From positions 7,927 to 71,926 of the forward strand of contig JADHVL010000018.1 of NCBI GenBank assembly GCA_016784025.1: 64,000 nt of DNA, in the 5' to 3' direction. The notes beneath the pieces were generated by a model, which was not told the origin of the DNA, searched no databases, and worked only from the letters and a program-made list of their open reading frames with translations. A program made the translations under genes and the position numbers. Each line of letters opens with the position of its first letter. Within the stretch, counting starts at the first letter, position 1. The DNA comes from Fidelibacterota bacterium (GTDB lineage: Bacteria; Fidelibacterota; UBA8477; JABMPR01). This document shows positions 50,150 to 59,972 of this stretch, piece by piece.

Positions 50150-52389
50150 GAGGACACCTCCTCTCCAGCTTCAAAACGGAAGGTGACGAAATTGCCCCGC
50201 ATACCGGTGCCACCCATTTCAGGATCAATATGTACCCGTGTGATCAAATCAGCGTCACTGGCACCACGACCGTGTGCTCGAGTTAGTTTTTTATTGGTAT
50301 GGCCAAAACCATGAACTATGTACACACTATCAAAACGGATACGTTCGGTGACGCGCACCTTGATGGGAGTCTTGCTGACCACTCCATCCTGGTTTTCCAG
50401 CCATAGGTACTGATCATTCTTCAGATCCCATTCTTTGGCAACCTTGGGATTTACCCAAACACTGTTTTCATCCATGAGATCGGTAAGATTTGGATTATTG
50501 GCCGTTCGGCTGAATGTGTGCATGGGTGCTCGACCGTAGATGAGACGGTAATAGCCCTCTGGTGGTTCTTCATGAGCTTTATATTTTGGTAATGGATCGT
50601 AGCCCTCATCCTCCATGGCTGTGGAGTAGAGCTCAATTTTGCCGGTGTTGGTGTTGAATTCGAAATCTTCGAGGTTTTCCATGGGGTAGAGATCGTCATA
50701 GGAGCGGTCCATTTTCTTAACCCCCAAACGCTTCATCTCTTCCAGAGAAGAACCTACCTGCTTTAATTCCCAATCCAATTTCTCCTCGATATCATTCCAT
50801 GGAAAGAAATGACCAAGACCCATTTTTTCAGCAATACCCTTGGCCATCCACCAGGCGGGTTTGGTGTTGTATTTTGGTTCAGCGGCAGGCATACGAAGAG
50901 CCAGTGTAGGCTCGCGGTGTGGACTTACGCGAATGTTATCATAGCGTTCCAGATAGGTACATTCCGGTAAAATTACATCAGCATAGCCAGTGATTTCCAT
51001 GGGCATGGTATCAACTACAACCATCAGGTCCAGCGCTTGAATGGCTTTTATTGTATTGGCCTGGTTGGGCAAGGTATGTATCAAATTGGTTCCATTGACG
51101 ATCCAGGCTTTAAAAGAACAATCTCGTTCAATCGTAGGAATTGTTGCATCACAAATTCCCGAAGCTAGAGACAATCCAGCCAGCTTGTATTTTCCTGGGA
51201 AGGCATCTCTCCAAGTTCGAGTTGGCTTGGGGAAGGGAGGATGTGGGTAATTCTTAAATTTAACTTTCTCAGGATTGTAATAACCGCCTCTGCGTCCCCA
51301 TGACCCCAGCAGTGCATTCAGCATTGCCACAGCTCTTAGGCGTTGCGTATCATCCCCATACCAGGTGACGTGTCGCCCGGGGTGAATGATAACTCGTGGG
51401 CTGGCATTGGCCATTTCGCGGGCAGTCTCACGTATAATTTCTGGTTTGATTGTCGTAAGTCCATAGGCCCATTCAGGTGTCATAGTAGCGACGTGAGCTT
51501 TCAGGTCATCAAAACCATAGGCATACTTTTCAACATAGTCTTTATCATAAAGACCTTCATTGATGATGACGTGCATCCAGGCCAGTAATAGTGCCATGTC
51601 TGTAGCAGGTTTGATAGGCAGCCAAAATTTTGATTTACTGGCCACAGTTGAAAAGCGTGGATCTACGGTGATAATGGAAGCGCCCTTGGCGGTAGCCTGT
51701 GCGATCTCTTGGACAGGACCGTTATGCATATTTTCACCAAAATGTGAACCGATGAGAACTAAACAGCGCGTGTCCCTGATATCTACCCGCTCAGGTGATC
51801 CAACACCTTCACCATATGTGGCAAAAAAGCCAACCTCTCTAGGTCCACGACACTGGGCATAGGAGGGAGCAGTGATATTATTGGATCCAAATGCTTTTAA
51901 CAGGTCACCAAAATATTTACCACCTGAACCGTGGGAGAAAAGGGCAGTACACTCTGGTCCATGTTCTTCTCCGACTTTTTTCAGTCCATCAGCGATATAA
52001 GTGAACGCTTCATCCCATGATGCTTCACGAAATGTCTGAACACCGCCAACCTCTGTTCGGATGAGAGGTGTTTTTAAGCGATCTTCATCATTGTACATGC
52101 CCACCCCACCAGTACCACGGGGGCAAAGTCGACCGTTTGAATGGGGATCATCTTCATGACCGGTTAGCTTCCATATCTTACCTTCATCATTGGTATGTAC
52201 CCAACCAGCACACTTCCAGAAACATATCTCACAGTATGTTGGAGTTCTCTTGGCATACATGCCTGGAACCGTATCAGGAGCTAAGATTTCTCCCTTAGAG
52301 AAATCAAACAGGGGTGTTGCAAAAGCCAGGCTTCCGGCACCCATACCGGCGACTTTAATAAAATCGCGGCGATTCATGTTAGTACTCAT
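50146..52389 (-). CDS. psrA: Mo-bisPGD catalytic subunit, polysulfide/thiosulfate reductase (PsrA/PhsA) family
   Basis: Tat signal NRRDFIK; FS0 motif CEICFWKC..LCPRG; probable Mo-ligand Cys in SYAQCRGPR; ATG 52389 overlaps the MerR TGA. Confidence 0.88.
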   Translation of the reverse strand: MSTNMNRRDFIKVAGMGAGSLAFATPLFDFSKGEILAPDTVPGMYAKRTPTYCEICFWKCAGWVHTNDEGKIWKLTGHEDDPHSNGRLCPRGTGGVGMYNDEDRLKTPLIRTEVGGVQTFREASWDEAFTYIADGLKKVGEEHGPECTALFSHGSGGKYFGDLLKAFGSNNITAPSYAQCRGPREVGFFATYGEGVGSPERVDIRDTRCLVLIGSHFGENMHNGPVQEIAQATAKGASIITVDPRFSTVASKSKFWLPIKPATDMALLLAWMHVIINEGLYDKDYVEKYAYGFDDLKAHVATMTPEWAYGLTTIKPEIIRETAREMANASPRVIIHPGRHVTWYGDDTQRLRAVAMLNALLGSWGRRGGYYNPEKVKFKNYPHPPFPKPTRTWRDAFPGKYKLAGLSLASGICDATIPTIERDCSFKAWIVNGTNLIHTLPNQANTIKAIQALDLMVVVDTMPMEITGYADVILPECTYLERYDNIRVSPHREPTLALRMPAAEPKYNTKPAWWMAKGIAEKMGLGHFFPWNDIEEKLDWELKQVGSSLEEMKRLGVKKMDRSYDDLYPMENLEDFEFNTNTGKIELYSTAMEDEGYDPLPKYKAHEEPPEGYYRLIYGRAPMHTFSRTANNPNLTDLMDENSVWVNPKVAKEWDLKNDQYLWLENQDGVVSKTPIKVRVTERIRFDSVYIVHGFGHTNKKLTRAHGRGASDADLITRVHIDPEMGGTGMRGNFVTFRFEAGEEVSS

Positions 52390-52850
52390 GTGTTTTTCCA
52401 ATGTTCTTGTAGATAGGATTTCATGTTATGACAGGTCGTTACATCTCGATAAACCGGGCATTCAGAACATACTTCGTCCTGACATACTGAAGACTTCGAC
52501 TTGACCATCCAACATGGTTCTAATGATGATTTGTAAGCATCACAGGAGGCACGATCTGCCTCACTGCAACCTTTGATCTCCCAACAGGGAGCCATGGACA
52601 TCATGCCCTTAATCCCTGCCAGATTGAACCCACGATCTTCGATCATGACGCGAATGCATTGAAGTCGTTCGATATCTGTCTGGGAATAGAGTCGACGTTT
52701 GGATTTTGTCCGCTGTGGAATGATAAGACCTTCAGTCTCGTACATCCTCAAGGTGTGGACAGAAACACCCACCAGGTCGGCAGCTACACCAATTGCGAAT
52801 ACCGGTCTGGTTTTGTCTGAGAGGCGCTCTTTTATGTCTGTTGCATTCAT
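52386..52850 (-). CDS. MerR/HspR-type HTH regulator with Cys-rich (two-CW-like) C-terminal domain
   Basis: FAIGVAADLVGVSVHTLRMYETEGLI..RRLYS; CWEIKGC..C.AY..CW..C....C..CPVY. Confidence 0.85.
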   Translation of the reverse strand: MNATDIKERLSDKTRPVFAIGVAADLVGVSVHTLRMYETEGLIIPQRTKSKRRLYSQTDIERLQCIRVMIEDRGFNLAGIKGMMSMAPCWEIKGCSEADRASCDAYKSSLEPCWMVKSKSSVCQDEVCSECPVYRDVTTCHNMKSYLQEHWKNT

Positions 52851-52878
52851 ATCTAATCTATATTTCAAAATATAGCTT

Positions 52879-52894
52879 TGCCATATACATGCCG
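52879..52894 (-). promoter_or_regulatory. Putative sigma54 (-24/-12) promoter of the merR-psr operon
   Basis: Minus strand cGGCATGTATATGGCa, GG-N10-GC; implied TSS ~18 nt before ATG 52850; AT-rich tract upstream. Confidence 0.55.
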
Positions 52895-53256
52895 AAATGA
52901 GTGAGAAATATTAAAAGCACATAGTGTTAGTAGTGTTTATTGCTAGAAGTTAATAATAACAGGTAATGTCTCTGAAGTGGACACAAGCCCTTGTCTGTAA
53001 GGATTTGGGATAATTTGACGGGAGATGGAGTTTTTCGATACATCAACAAATGCGACAAAATATTCTGGAAATCTTCTACCTGAAAAACACGAAAATCATT
53101 GTCCTTGAACTTGAAGTCTTCGCGTAAAGTTGATTATCTGGGATGTACTTCCCACATTTGGAAAGGCTGCATCCTTTGAATGAGAAAACATTGGCAAATC
53201 TTTGCAGGTCCAAACATTTACATAGTCAAAAGACAGAACCACGCTAATTTCTCCGC

Positions 53257-54159
53257 GTGAAAATGACATCCTATATCGTTCCCATCCTATACATTACTCT
53301 TGTCATGATCTGGGGCAGCACCTGGATTGCCATCAAAGTGAGTGTCGGTGATACACCATTTCTCATGGCGTCTATACGATTCTTCCTGGCAGGCCTGGTT
53401 CTGGTCCTATTGCAGAAATGGCGCAAACAACCGATTTTTCCTCGACGGGAAGATCGACATATCATTCTGGCCCTTGGGATAGGTAACTTCTTTTTTGGAT
53501 ATGGTCTCACCTACTGGGGGATGCAATTTGTTGATAGTAATATCACTTCAATCCTCTGGGCGACCTTACCTGTGATGATAGCGGTATTCGCTCATCGGAT
53601 GCTGGTGAATGAAAAAATTAATGCCTGGAGCATATTCAGCCTGATTGGTTCAATCATAGGCACCTTGTTTATTTTTGACCTCAGGGGGGCAGACTTCGAT
53701 CCACAAGCAGCGAAGGGCATGGTTGTTATCTTACTCTCCATCCTTGCTGCAGCATATCCTAATGTACTTTACAAAAGGGAAGGGAAAAATCTTGATCCCG
53801 TAGCCACGAATGCCTCTGCAATGCTCATAGGAGCTATGCTCCTCCTAGTCACAGGTCTTCTGGTTGAGCCCTGGCAGCATGTAGAATTAAATGTAGTTAC
53901 AATGGGAGCTACAGCCTATCTCGCGATTATTGGTTCCGCCATTGGGTTTACCATGTATTTCTGGTTGCTCAATAGGGTCACAATTGTAAAAATGAGCTAC
54001 ACGACTTTCCTCATCCCAATTTTGGCAAGCATCTGGGGTTGGGTACTCCTGGGAGAAGAACTATCAAGTTCCGGTTTAACGGGTGCGGTGATAATTATTC
54101 TCTCAGTTTCCTTGCCTGAAATATTGCGAAAGAGAGTTATCAATTCTAATGCAGATTGA
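53257..54159 (+). CDS. EamA/DMT family transporter
   Basis: IWGSTWIAIK, RFFLAG, about 10 TMs, LLGE. Confidence 0.9.
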   Translation: MKMTSYIVPILYITLVMIWGSTWIAIKVSVGDTPFLMASIRFFLAGLVLVLLQKWRKQPIFPRREDRHIILALGIGNFFFGYGLTYWGMQFVDSNITSILWATLPVMIAVFAHRMLVNEKINAWSIFSLIGSIIGTLFIFDLRGADFDPQAAKGMVVILLSILAAAYPNVLYKREGKNLDPVATNASAMLIGAMLLLVTGLLVEPWQHVELNVVTMGATAYLAIIGSAIGFTMYFWLLNRVTIVKMSYTTFLIPILASIWGWVLLGEELSSSGLTGAVIIILSVSLPEILRKRVINSNAD

Positions 54160-54248
54160 CACTCAGCTACACGTTGTTTTTGGGATACAGGTCAACTATA
54201 TTCAAAGCCTGAACATAATTACTAGAGGTCTTTAAAAAACAATAACTT

Positions 54249-55010
54249 ATGGCAAAAATTATAGCCATCGTGAATCAAAAGGGGGGTGTGGGGAAAACGA
54301 CGACATCAGTCAACCTGGCTGCAGGTTTGGCTGTGACTGAGAAAAAGACCCTGCTTATCGATTTAGATCCCCAGGCAAACTCTACTTCTGGACTTGGACA
54401 CCCTGTGAGGGTGGATGGTCAAAGCATCTATCAAGTATTACTTAACCAGGCGACTATACCAGACATCATGCATAAGTGTGAATTGCCATTCCTGGATCTG
54501 GTACCTTCCAGCCCATCGCTGGTCGGTGCAGAAGTTGAGTTGGTTTCGGCCATCGCCCGTGAACGTATTCTGAAAGAGGCGGTAGCAGAGGTGGAAGAGA
54601 ATTATGATTTTATCATTATTGATTGTCCGCCTTCATTAGGTCTTCTTACACTAAATGCACTTACAGCTGCTCACTCAATCCTGATTCCAATACAGTGTGA
54701 ATATTATGCCCTTGAGGGTCTGGGTCAGCTATTGAACACCGTACGCCGTGTTCAAAAGACAATAAACAAGGCGCTTGTTATTGAAGGCGTATTGATGACC
54801 ATGTATGATAGCCGACTTAATTTGAGTAAGCAGGTTGTTGAAGAGGTGAAAACCTATTTTAAAGAGCGAGTTTACAAGACCTACATCAACCGAAATGTTC
54901 GCTTGAGTGAATCACCGAGTTATGGAAAACCCATCATGTTGTATGATGCTAATTCTGTAGGTGCCGCTAATTATATGAATCTGGTAGAAGAGGTGCTTGA
55001 AAATGCCTGA
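54249..55010 (+). CDS. parA: Chromosome partitioning ATPase ParA/Soj
   Basis: [48 protein letters not shown]. Confidence 0.97.
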   Translation: MAKIIAIVNQKGGVGKTTTSVNLAAGLAVTEKKTLLIDLDPQANSTSGLGHPVRVDGQSIYQVLLNQATIPDIMHKCELPFLDLVPSSPSLVGAEVELVSAIARERILKEAVAEVEENYDFIIIDCPPSLGLLTLNALTAAHSILIPIQCEYYALEGLGQLLNTVRRVQKTINKALVIEGVLMTMYDSRLNLSKQVVEEVKTYFKERVYKTYINRNVRLSESPSYGKPIMLYDANSVGAANYMNLVEEVLENA

Positions 55011-55890
55011 AGTCCCTAAAAGACTGGGACGGGGTCTGGATGCAATTCTTGATTCCCTGGGTGCACCTGAAGAATCATCCATTTCCACACTCACAGTTTC
55101 TCCCAATGATATTCGACCCAATCCTTTTCAACCTAGAAAAGATTTTGATTCAGAAAAAGCGGTCCAGGCTTTTGAAGATCTAAAAGCATCTATTAAATCC
55201 AAAGGCCTGATACAACCCATCACGGTCCGCGAAGTCAATGGTGAATATGAACTCATCGCCGGTGAAAGGCGTCTGAGAGCTTGCCAGGCACTGGGTTTAG
55301 AGACAATTCCAATTCACATTCTTACTGTGGACAAAGATGTGGATATGATGGAATTAGCTTTGATTGAAAATTTACAAAGGGATAACCTGAATCCCCTTGA
55401 AGAGGCCGAAGCATACTCACTTCTATCAGAGAAGTACGACCTTTCTCACGAGGAAATTGCCAGTAATATTGGTAAGAGCCGAGCGGCTGTCACCAACGCC
55501 ATGCGCCTCTTGAAGTTGCCGGTGGAAATAAAAGTTGCCTTAAAAAACCTCGTCATATCAGCCGGTCATGCCAGAGCACTTCTGGGGCTTGATTCAGAAA
55601 AAGAAATGATTCACATCTTCCAACAGGTTCGCAGGAATAACATGAGCGTTCGTGAAACTGAAAATTATGTCAAAAAGCTCAAGGATAAGACTCCTGTTTC
55701 AGCAAAAAAGAAGAAAGCTCCCCCCAAAAAGTCAGTGTTTTTGACTCGCAGCGAAGAAGCCCTTATGACGGTTCTGGGAACCCGTGTACAGATAAAGGCT
55801 GGTCCCAAAAAGGGGATCATCGAAGTTGAGTTTTTTGGTGATGAAGATCTCGAGCGGTTGCTGGAATTGTTCGAGTCCATGAAAAAATAG
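55003..55890 (+). CDS. parB: Chromosome partitioning protein ParB/Spo0J
   Basis: [30 protein letters not shown]. Confidence 0.97.
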   Translation: MPEVPKRLGRGLDAILDSLGAPEESSISTLTVSPNDIRPNPFQPRKDFDSEKAVQAFEDLKASIKSKGLIQPITVREVNGEYELIAGERRLRACQALGLETIPIHILTVDKDVDMMELALIENLQRDNLNPLEEAEAYSLLSEKYDLSHEEIASNIGKSRAAVTNAMRLLKLPVEIKVALKNLVISAGHARALLGLDSEKEMIHIFQQVRRNNMSVRETENYVKKLKDKTPVSAKKKKAPPKKSVFLTRSEEALMTVLGTRVQIKAGPKKGIIEVEFFGDEDLERLLELFESMKK

Positions 55891-55944
55891 CGATCTGTAT
55901 TCGGAACAATCCCCTGCAACAGGAATAGGTAGAAACAAGAAACC

Positions 55945-56742
55945 ATGAAACACGAAAAATATACTATACTCATCCTACCGGATAACGAAACCAACGGCAG
56001 ATCCTATTCAATTACCGCGGTTGCTGTCAATATCTTGAAATTGTTCATTCTTGGTCTGCTCGCAGTGATCATTCTATTTTCTACCTATTACCTACCCAAG
56101 GCATTGGAATATCGGGACATTAAACGAGAGAATGATTATCTCCTTAGTGAAAGACAGGAAGTTGCTGGTTTGCTGAAAAATGCCAAACGCATTGATGAGA
56201 TCAATCACTTTATTGAAAGCACACTGGGTAGCCATTATAACCTTCGTGCAGATGCAGGGGATAGTAATGCTTTTGAGGACAATTGGGAACTCTCTCCCTT
56301 TGAAACCATGGGCTTGTTAGATGACCTGCCAACCTACTTGCCTATTAAGGGTTTTGTAAATGCTGGATTTCAGGTTAGGGAAGGACTTTTTAGTCAGGAC
56401 CATCTGGGCTTGGACCTATCCTCCATTGAAGATAGAGTTGTAAAGGCTGCGGGTCGTGGGTATGTCATTTTTTCGGATTGGACTTATCGCTTTGGGAATA
56501 CGATAATTATCGATCATGGTAACGGCTATCTTACTGTTTATGGTCACAATGAACAAAATCTTGTGACACAGCGACAGGTTGTAGATCGTGCAGAACCCAT
56601 TGCCATCATGGGCAATACAGGTCTATCTGATGGAGCACATCTTCATTTTGAAATCTGGTACGAAGGAGTACCCCTGGATCCAACAACATTTATCACCGAA
56701 TTGAACGAAACAAACACTCCAGCTGTTGAGAAGGAATACTAG
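55945..56742 (+). CDS. M23 family metallopeptidase
   Basis: HLGLD, YGHN, GNTGLSDGAHLHFEI; N-terminal TM and coiled coil. Confidence 0.9.
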   Translation: MKHEKYTILILPDNETNGRSYSITAVAVNILKLFILGLLAVIILFSTYYLPKALEYRDIKRENDYLLSERQEVAGLLKNAKRIDEINHFIESTLGSHYNLRADAGDSNAFEDNWELSPFETMGLLDDLPTYLPIKGFVNAGFQVREGLFSQDHLGLDLSSIEDRVVKAAGRGYVIFSDWTYRFGNTIIIDHGNGYLTVYGHNEQNLVTQRQVVDRAEPIAIMGNTGLSDGAHLHFEIWYEGVPLDPTTFITELNETNTPAVEKEY

Positions 56743-56743
56743 A

Positions 56744-57121
56744 ATGGCGAATCGAATACATCGCATAGAAACTATTGTGGGCCGTGGAACTCATATTTCT
56801 GGAGATATGAACATCAATGGAAGCGCACATATTAATGGTACAGTGGACGGCAGTATTGAAGCCAGCGGATTTGTTACTGTCTCTGAATCCGGTGTCGTTA
56901 AGGGGGGCATTAAAGGGGATTATGCTATCATTGGTGGTATTGTGGGTGGCAATATCGAAGTGAAGGGGAAAGTAGCCCTGGGGAAGGCTGGACGACTGAA
57001 GGGCGATGTTATTGCTACCAGACTTATTATAGAGGATGGGGCGGTTTTCCATGGGCGCAGTTCCATGGTGCCTGAAACTTCCACTTCTGATGAATTTGAA
57101 GCTCTCGGCGAAGAGCTTTAG
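56744..57121 (+). CDS. Bactofilin (polymer-forming cytoskeletal protein)
   Basis: Beta-helix G-x-x-x-G repeats, TIVGRG..GDV..LIIEDGAVFHG. Confidence 0.9.
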   Translation: MANRIHRIETIVGRGTHISGDMNINGSAHINGTVDGSIEASGFVTVSESGVVKGGIKGDYAIIGGIVGGNIEVKGKVALGKAGRLKGDVIATRLIIEDGAVFHGRSSMVPETSTSDEFEALGEEL

Positions 57122-57127
57122 CAGCAC

Positions 57128-57331
57128 TTGAAACCTGACGGCTCCGGCAAGTATATGGCAGCGGCCTCTACCATGACCGGTAGTGTCCTCGGTCTTGGTG
57201 CTATCGGCTATTTTATCGATGAAAAATTTGGTTGGCCTCAGTATGGTCTCCTCACCGGAGCCTTATTGGGTGTGGTTATCGGAATGTATGAGCTTTACAA
57301 GAGCTTGTATATGAAAGATGAGGATCAATGA
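57128..57331 (+). CDS. atpZ: AtpZ/ATPase_gene1 family protein
   Basis: GYFIDEKFG..P..G.LLG; first atp-associated gene. Confidence 0.75.
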   Translation: MKPDGSGKYMAAASTMTGSVLGLGAIGYFIDEKFGWPQYGLLTGALLGVVIGMYELYKSLYMKDEDQ

Positions 57332-57720
57332 AAGCCTGGCAAGTATTAGGGGTTTCAGCACTGATTTTAAATGGTTTAGCCATCCTGGCCTTGATCTTTG
57401 TCGGGCGCATAGAATTGGTTAAATCCGTGCTCGCTGGAGCCATTATTCCAATTCTTATAAGTGGCGGACTTTTGGCCTGGGCGGAATATTCCAAAACAAA
57501 TGACGCTCAAAACCTTCAAAAATTGAATATTATGGGTTTTTTCTTTAAGGTTATTCTGTTGGGGATATGGTCAGCTATCCTCGTGAAAGCAGGGACTTTA
57601 GATAACGTGACATTTATTGTAATATTAGTTATAAACTTTCTTGCGTGGCATGGGGTCGAAGCTTATTATTGGCCGCTTTTTATGGCAAGAAGCACACAAA
57701 AAACAGGGGAGAATTCTTGA
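57328..57720 (+). CDS. atpI: ATP synthase protein I-like membrane protein
   Basis: Four TMs, directly before atpB, overlapping starts and stops. Confidence 0.6.
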   Translation: MKAWQVLGVSALILNGLAILALIFVGRIELVKSVLAGAIIPILISGGLLAWAEYSKTNDAQNLQKLNIMGFFFKVILLGIWSAILVKAGTLDNVTFIVILVINFLAWHGVEAYYWPLFMARSTQKTGENS

Positions 57721-58538
57721 TGGCTGCACCAGGCCACGGAACCAGCAACAATATTGGGGATAAAATCATTGAGCATGTCGCGAATAGTGACGTGATGATT
57801 CATTTTGAACTTTTCGGTGTAGATCTTTCCATCACCAAACATGTTATCATGCTTTGGATTGCTGCCGGTTTTCTCGTAACCGCTGGACTTTATGCAACCC
57901 GAAGATATCGGAAAGAAGATCGTCCCGTCCCCAGTGGTTTTTCAAATGCATTTGAGTATGTCGTTGACTTTGTCAGAACTGGAATCCTCATTCCCACGGT
58001 TGGAAAGAATCATGTGTTAAAATGGGGACCTCTGGTGATGTCCTTTTTCTTTCTTATCCTGACGATGAACTTCCTCGGTCTCATGCCCTTCTTTAATTAT
58101 ATCAATCATGGGCATGGTGGAACCACTGCAACTGGCAATATTAATGTGACTGCCGCTCTGGCTTTAATCACTTTCATGGCCATTATCGTTGCAGGCATCC
58201 TGGAGCATGGCTTCTTTAAGCATTGGAAAAATCTGGTCCCTGGTGGTCTACCAAAAGCCGTATATATCATTCTCATCCCCATCGAGATCTTGAGTATGTT
58301 TGTGAGGCCCTTCGCATTGACCATGCGACTGGCTGCTAACATGACTGCAGGGCATATTGCCATGCTTGCTATCTTTGCCCCCATATTTCTACTTCACAAT
58401 GCCTATGTAGGCGTTGCTTCAGTGGCATTGAATGTGGGCATTACCTTTTTAGAGATTATCGTGAGTATTGTTCAGGCTTACGTGTTCACATTGCTTTCAT
58501 CCGTGTTCATTGGCCAGTCAATTCACCCACATCATTAA
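57720..58538 (+). CDS. atpB: F0 subunit a
   Basis: ATG 57720; NFLGLMP, TATGN, RPFALTMRLAANMTAGH, QAYVF. Confidence 0.96.
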   Translation: MAAPGHGTSNNIGDKIIEHVANSDVMIHFELFGVDLSITKHVIMLWIAAGFLVTAGLYATRRYRKEDRPVPSGFSNAFEYVVDFVRTGILIPTVGKNHVLKWGPLVMSFFFLILTMNFLGLMPFFNYINHGHGGTTATGNINVTAALALITFMAIIVAGILEHGFFKHWKNLVPGGLPKAVYIILIPIEILSMFVRPFALTMRLAANMTAGHIAMLAIFAPIFLLHNAYVGVASVALNVGITFLEIIVSIVQAYVFTLLSSVFIGQSIHPHH

Positions 58539-58572
58539 TAGTTTTGATCTTTAACAACAAAAAATATAAACC

Positions 58573-58654
58573 TTCTATCAGCTATGCTCGAACGGCTCTT
58601 ACTCAGTTCAGGGATATGAGACATGTATGTAGCAGTGAGACAGTGATGATAGAA
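58573..58654 (+). ncRNA. Candidate structured cis-regulatory RNA between atpB and atpE
   Basis: Nested stems TTCTATCA/TGATAGAA, GCTATG/TGTAGC, CTC/GAG, GAAC/GTTC. Confidence 0.4.
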
Positions 58655-58676
58655 ACACACACGAAGGAGTTTTAAA

Positions 58677-58895
58677 ATGGAATTTGCTTATCTAGGTGCC
58701 GCAATTGGTGCAGGTATGATCGTTATTGGCGCAGGTCTTGGAATTGGAAAATTGGCCGCAGCCGCTGCTGCAGGTATTGCTCGTCAGCCTGAAGCTGCCG
58801 CCAGCATTACTGGCGCTGTAAACTTGCCACTCTTCCTGCTGGAAGGTGTTGCAATTATCGGTGAGGTTGTAGCTCTCCTCATCGCTCTGAAATAA
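58677..58895 (+). CDS. atpE: F0 subunit c
   Basis: GAGLGIG glycine zipper, ARQPE loop, ion-binding Glu in LLEG. Confidence 0.96.
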   Translation: MEFAYLGAAIGAGMIVIGAGLGIGKLAAAAAAGIARQPEAAASITGAVNLPLFLLEGVAIIGEVVALLIALK

Positions 58896-58926
58896 GAAAG
58901 CCTAAAGACTCTCCTTCGGAGGAACT

Positions 58927-59421
58927 ATGGAAAACCTGCTACGGTTTGACACAGGCTTAATGATTTGGACCTGGATCACCTTCATTGCTGTGTTGGTGAT
59001 CCTGGGAACCAAAGCCTGGAAACCCATGATCAAGGCGCTGGAAAATCGCGAAAATTTCATTCGTGAATCACTTGAGGAAGCTGAAGAAGCTCGTAAAGAA
59101 GCTGATAAAGTAGCTGGTGAATATGAAGCGATGGTAGCCAAAGCACGACAGGAAGCCCAAAATATTGTGGCTTCCGGCAAAGAAACCGCTGAGCGGATGA
59201 AGGCTGATATTCTCAATGAAGCTCAAGATAAATCAGCTGGGATTCTTAAGCAGGCTGAAGTTCAGATTGTCGCCGAACGCGACAAAGCGATTGCTGAAAT
59301 CCGTACTCAGATTGTCGATATTTCAATGGCTGCTGCTGAAAAAATTATCGCAAAATCACTTACTCTGGAAGACAACGAACGCCTTATCGAAGACGCTCTC
59401 AAGGATTACGGAAAGAATTGA
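58927..59421 (+). CDS. atpF: F0 subunit b
   Basis: GLMIWT..AWKP...LE.RE..I, long coiled coil. Confidence 0.95.
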   Translation: MENLLRFDTGLMIWTWITFIAVLVILGTKAWKPMIKALENRENFIRESLEEAEEARKEADKVAGEYEAMVAKARQEAQNIVASGKETAERMKADILNEAQDKSAGILKQAEVQIVAERDKAIAEIRTQIVDISMAAAEKIIAKSLTLEDNERLIEDALKDYGKN

Positions 59422-59957
59422 TGCGCACCTCAGCAAAAAGTCGCCAGTACGCCAACCTGCTTCTAAATATTGCTGAGAAGAAGGACGCTCTTGAGCCTGT
59501 CTATCGCTCAATGAAGTCTTTCTATGCCAGTTATCGGCGTGAACCAGCACTGAAAGCATTTCTAGCCTCAACCAAAGTTGAAGCCACCGATAAAATTAGT
59601 TTGCTTGGCAAAGTGTTTCCTGACCTGCACCCTATCAACCAGGCATTTGTTGCCCAATTGGGTGATGAACGGGATATGAAATTGTTGGGCATGATCATGC
59701 ATGGTCTGGAAACTGCTTTTTACACTCGCAGCGATCAGGTTAAAGTGCATGCTGTCAGTACCAGCAAATTATCGGATGCAACGATTCAAGGCATTCACCA
59801 GGCTGTCAAATCAGTCACATCCTCGAAAGCTGATTTTACTGCAGAAGTAAATCAGGATATTCTGGGTGGATTAACATTAAGAGTTGGCAATACCATTTTG
59901 GATGCCTCCCTCTCCAGTAAACTAGCACGTATCAGACAAGCACTGATTCAGTCCTAA
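59418..59957 (+). CDS. atpH: F1 subunit delta
   Basis: YA..L, ILGGLTLRVGN..LDAS; operon position. Confidence 0.9.
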   Translation: MMRTSAKSRQYANLLLNIAEKKDALEPVYRSMKSFYASYRREPALKAFLASTKVEATDKISLLGKVFPDLHPINQAFVAQLGDERDMKLLGMIMHGLETAFYTRSDQVKVHAVSTSKLSDATIQGIHQAVKSVTSSKADFTAEVNQDILGGLTLRVGNTILDASLSSKLARIRQALIQS

Positions 59958-59972
59958 AGGAAAGACAAGAAT

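Noticed and set aside
52869-55944. parS site near parAB
   Set aside because: I found no match to TGTTTCACGTGAAACA by eye; a scan could still find a divergent site
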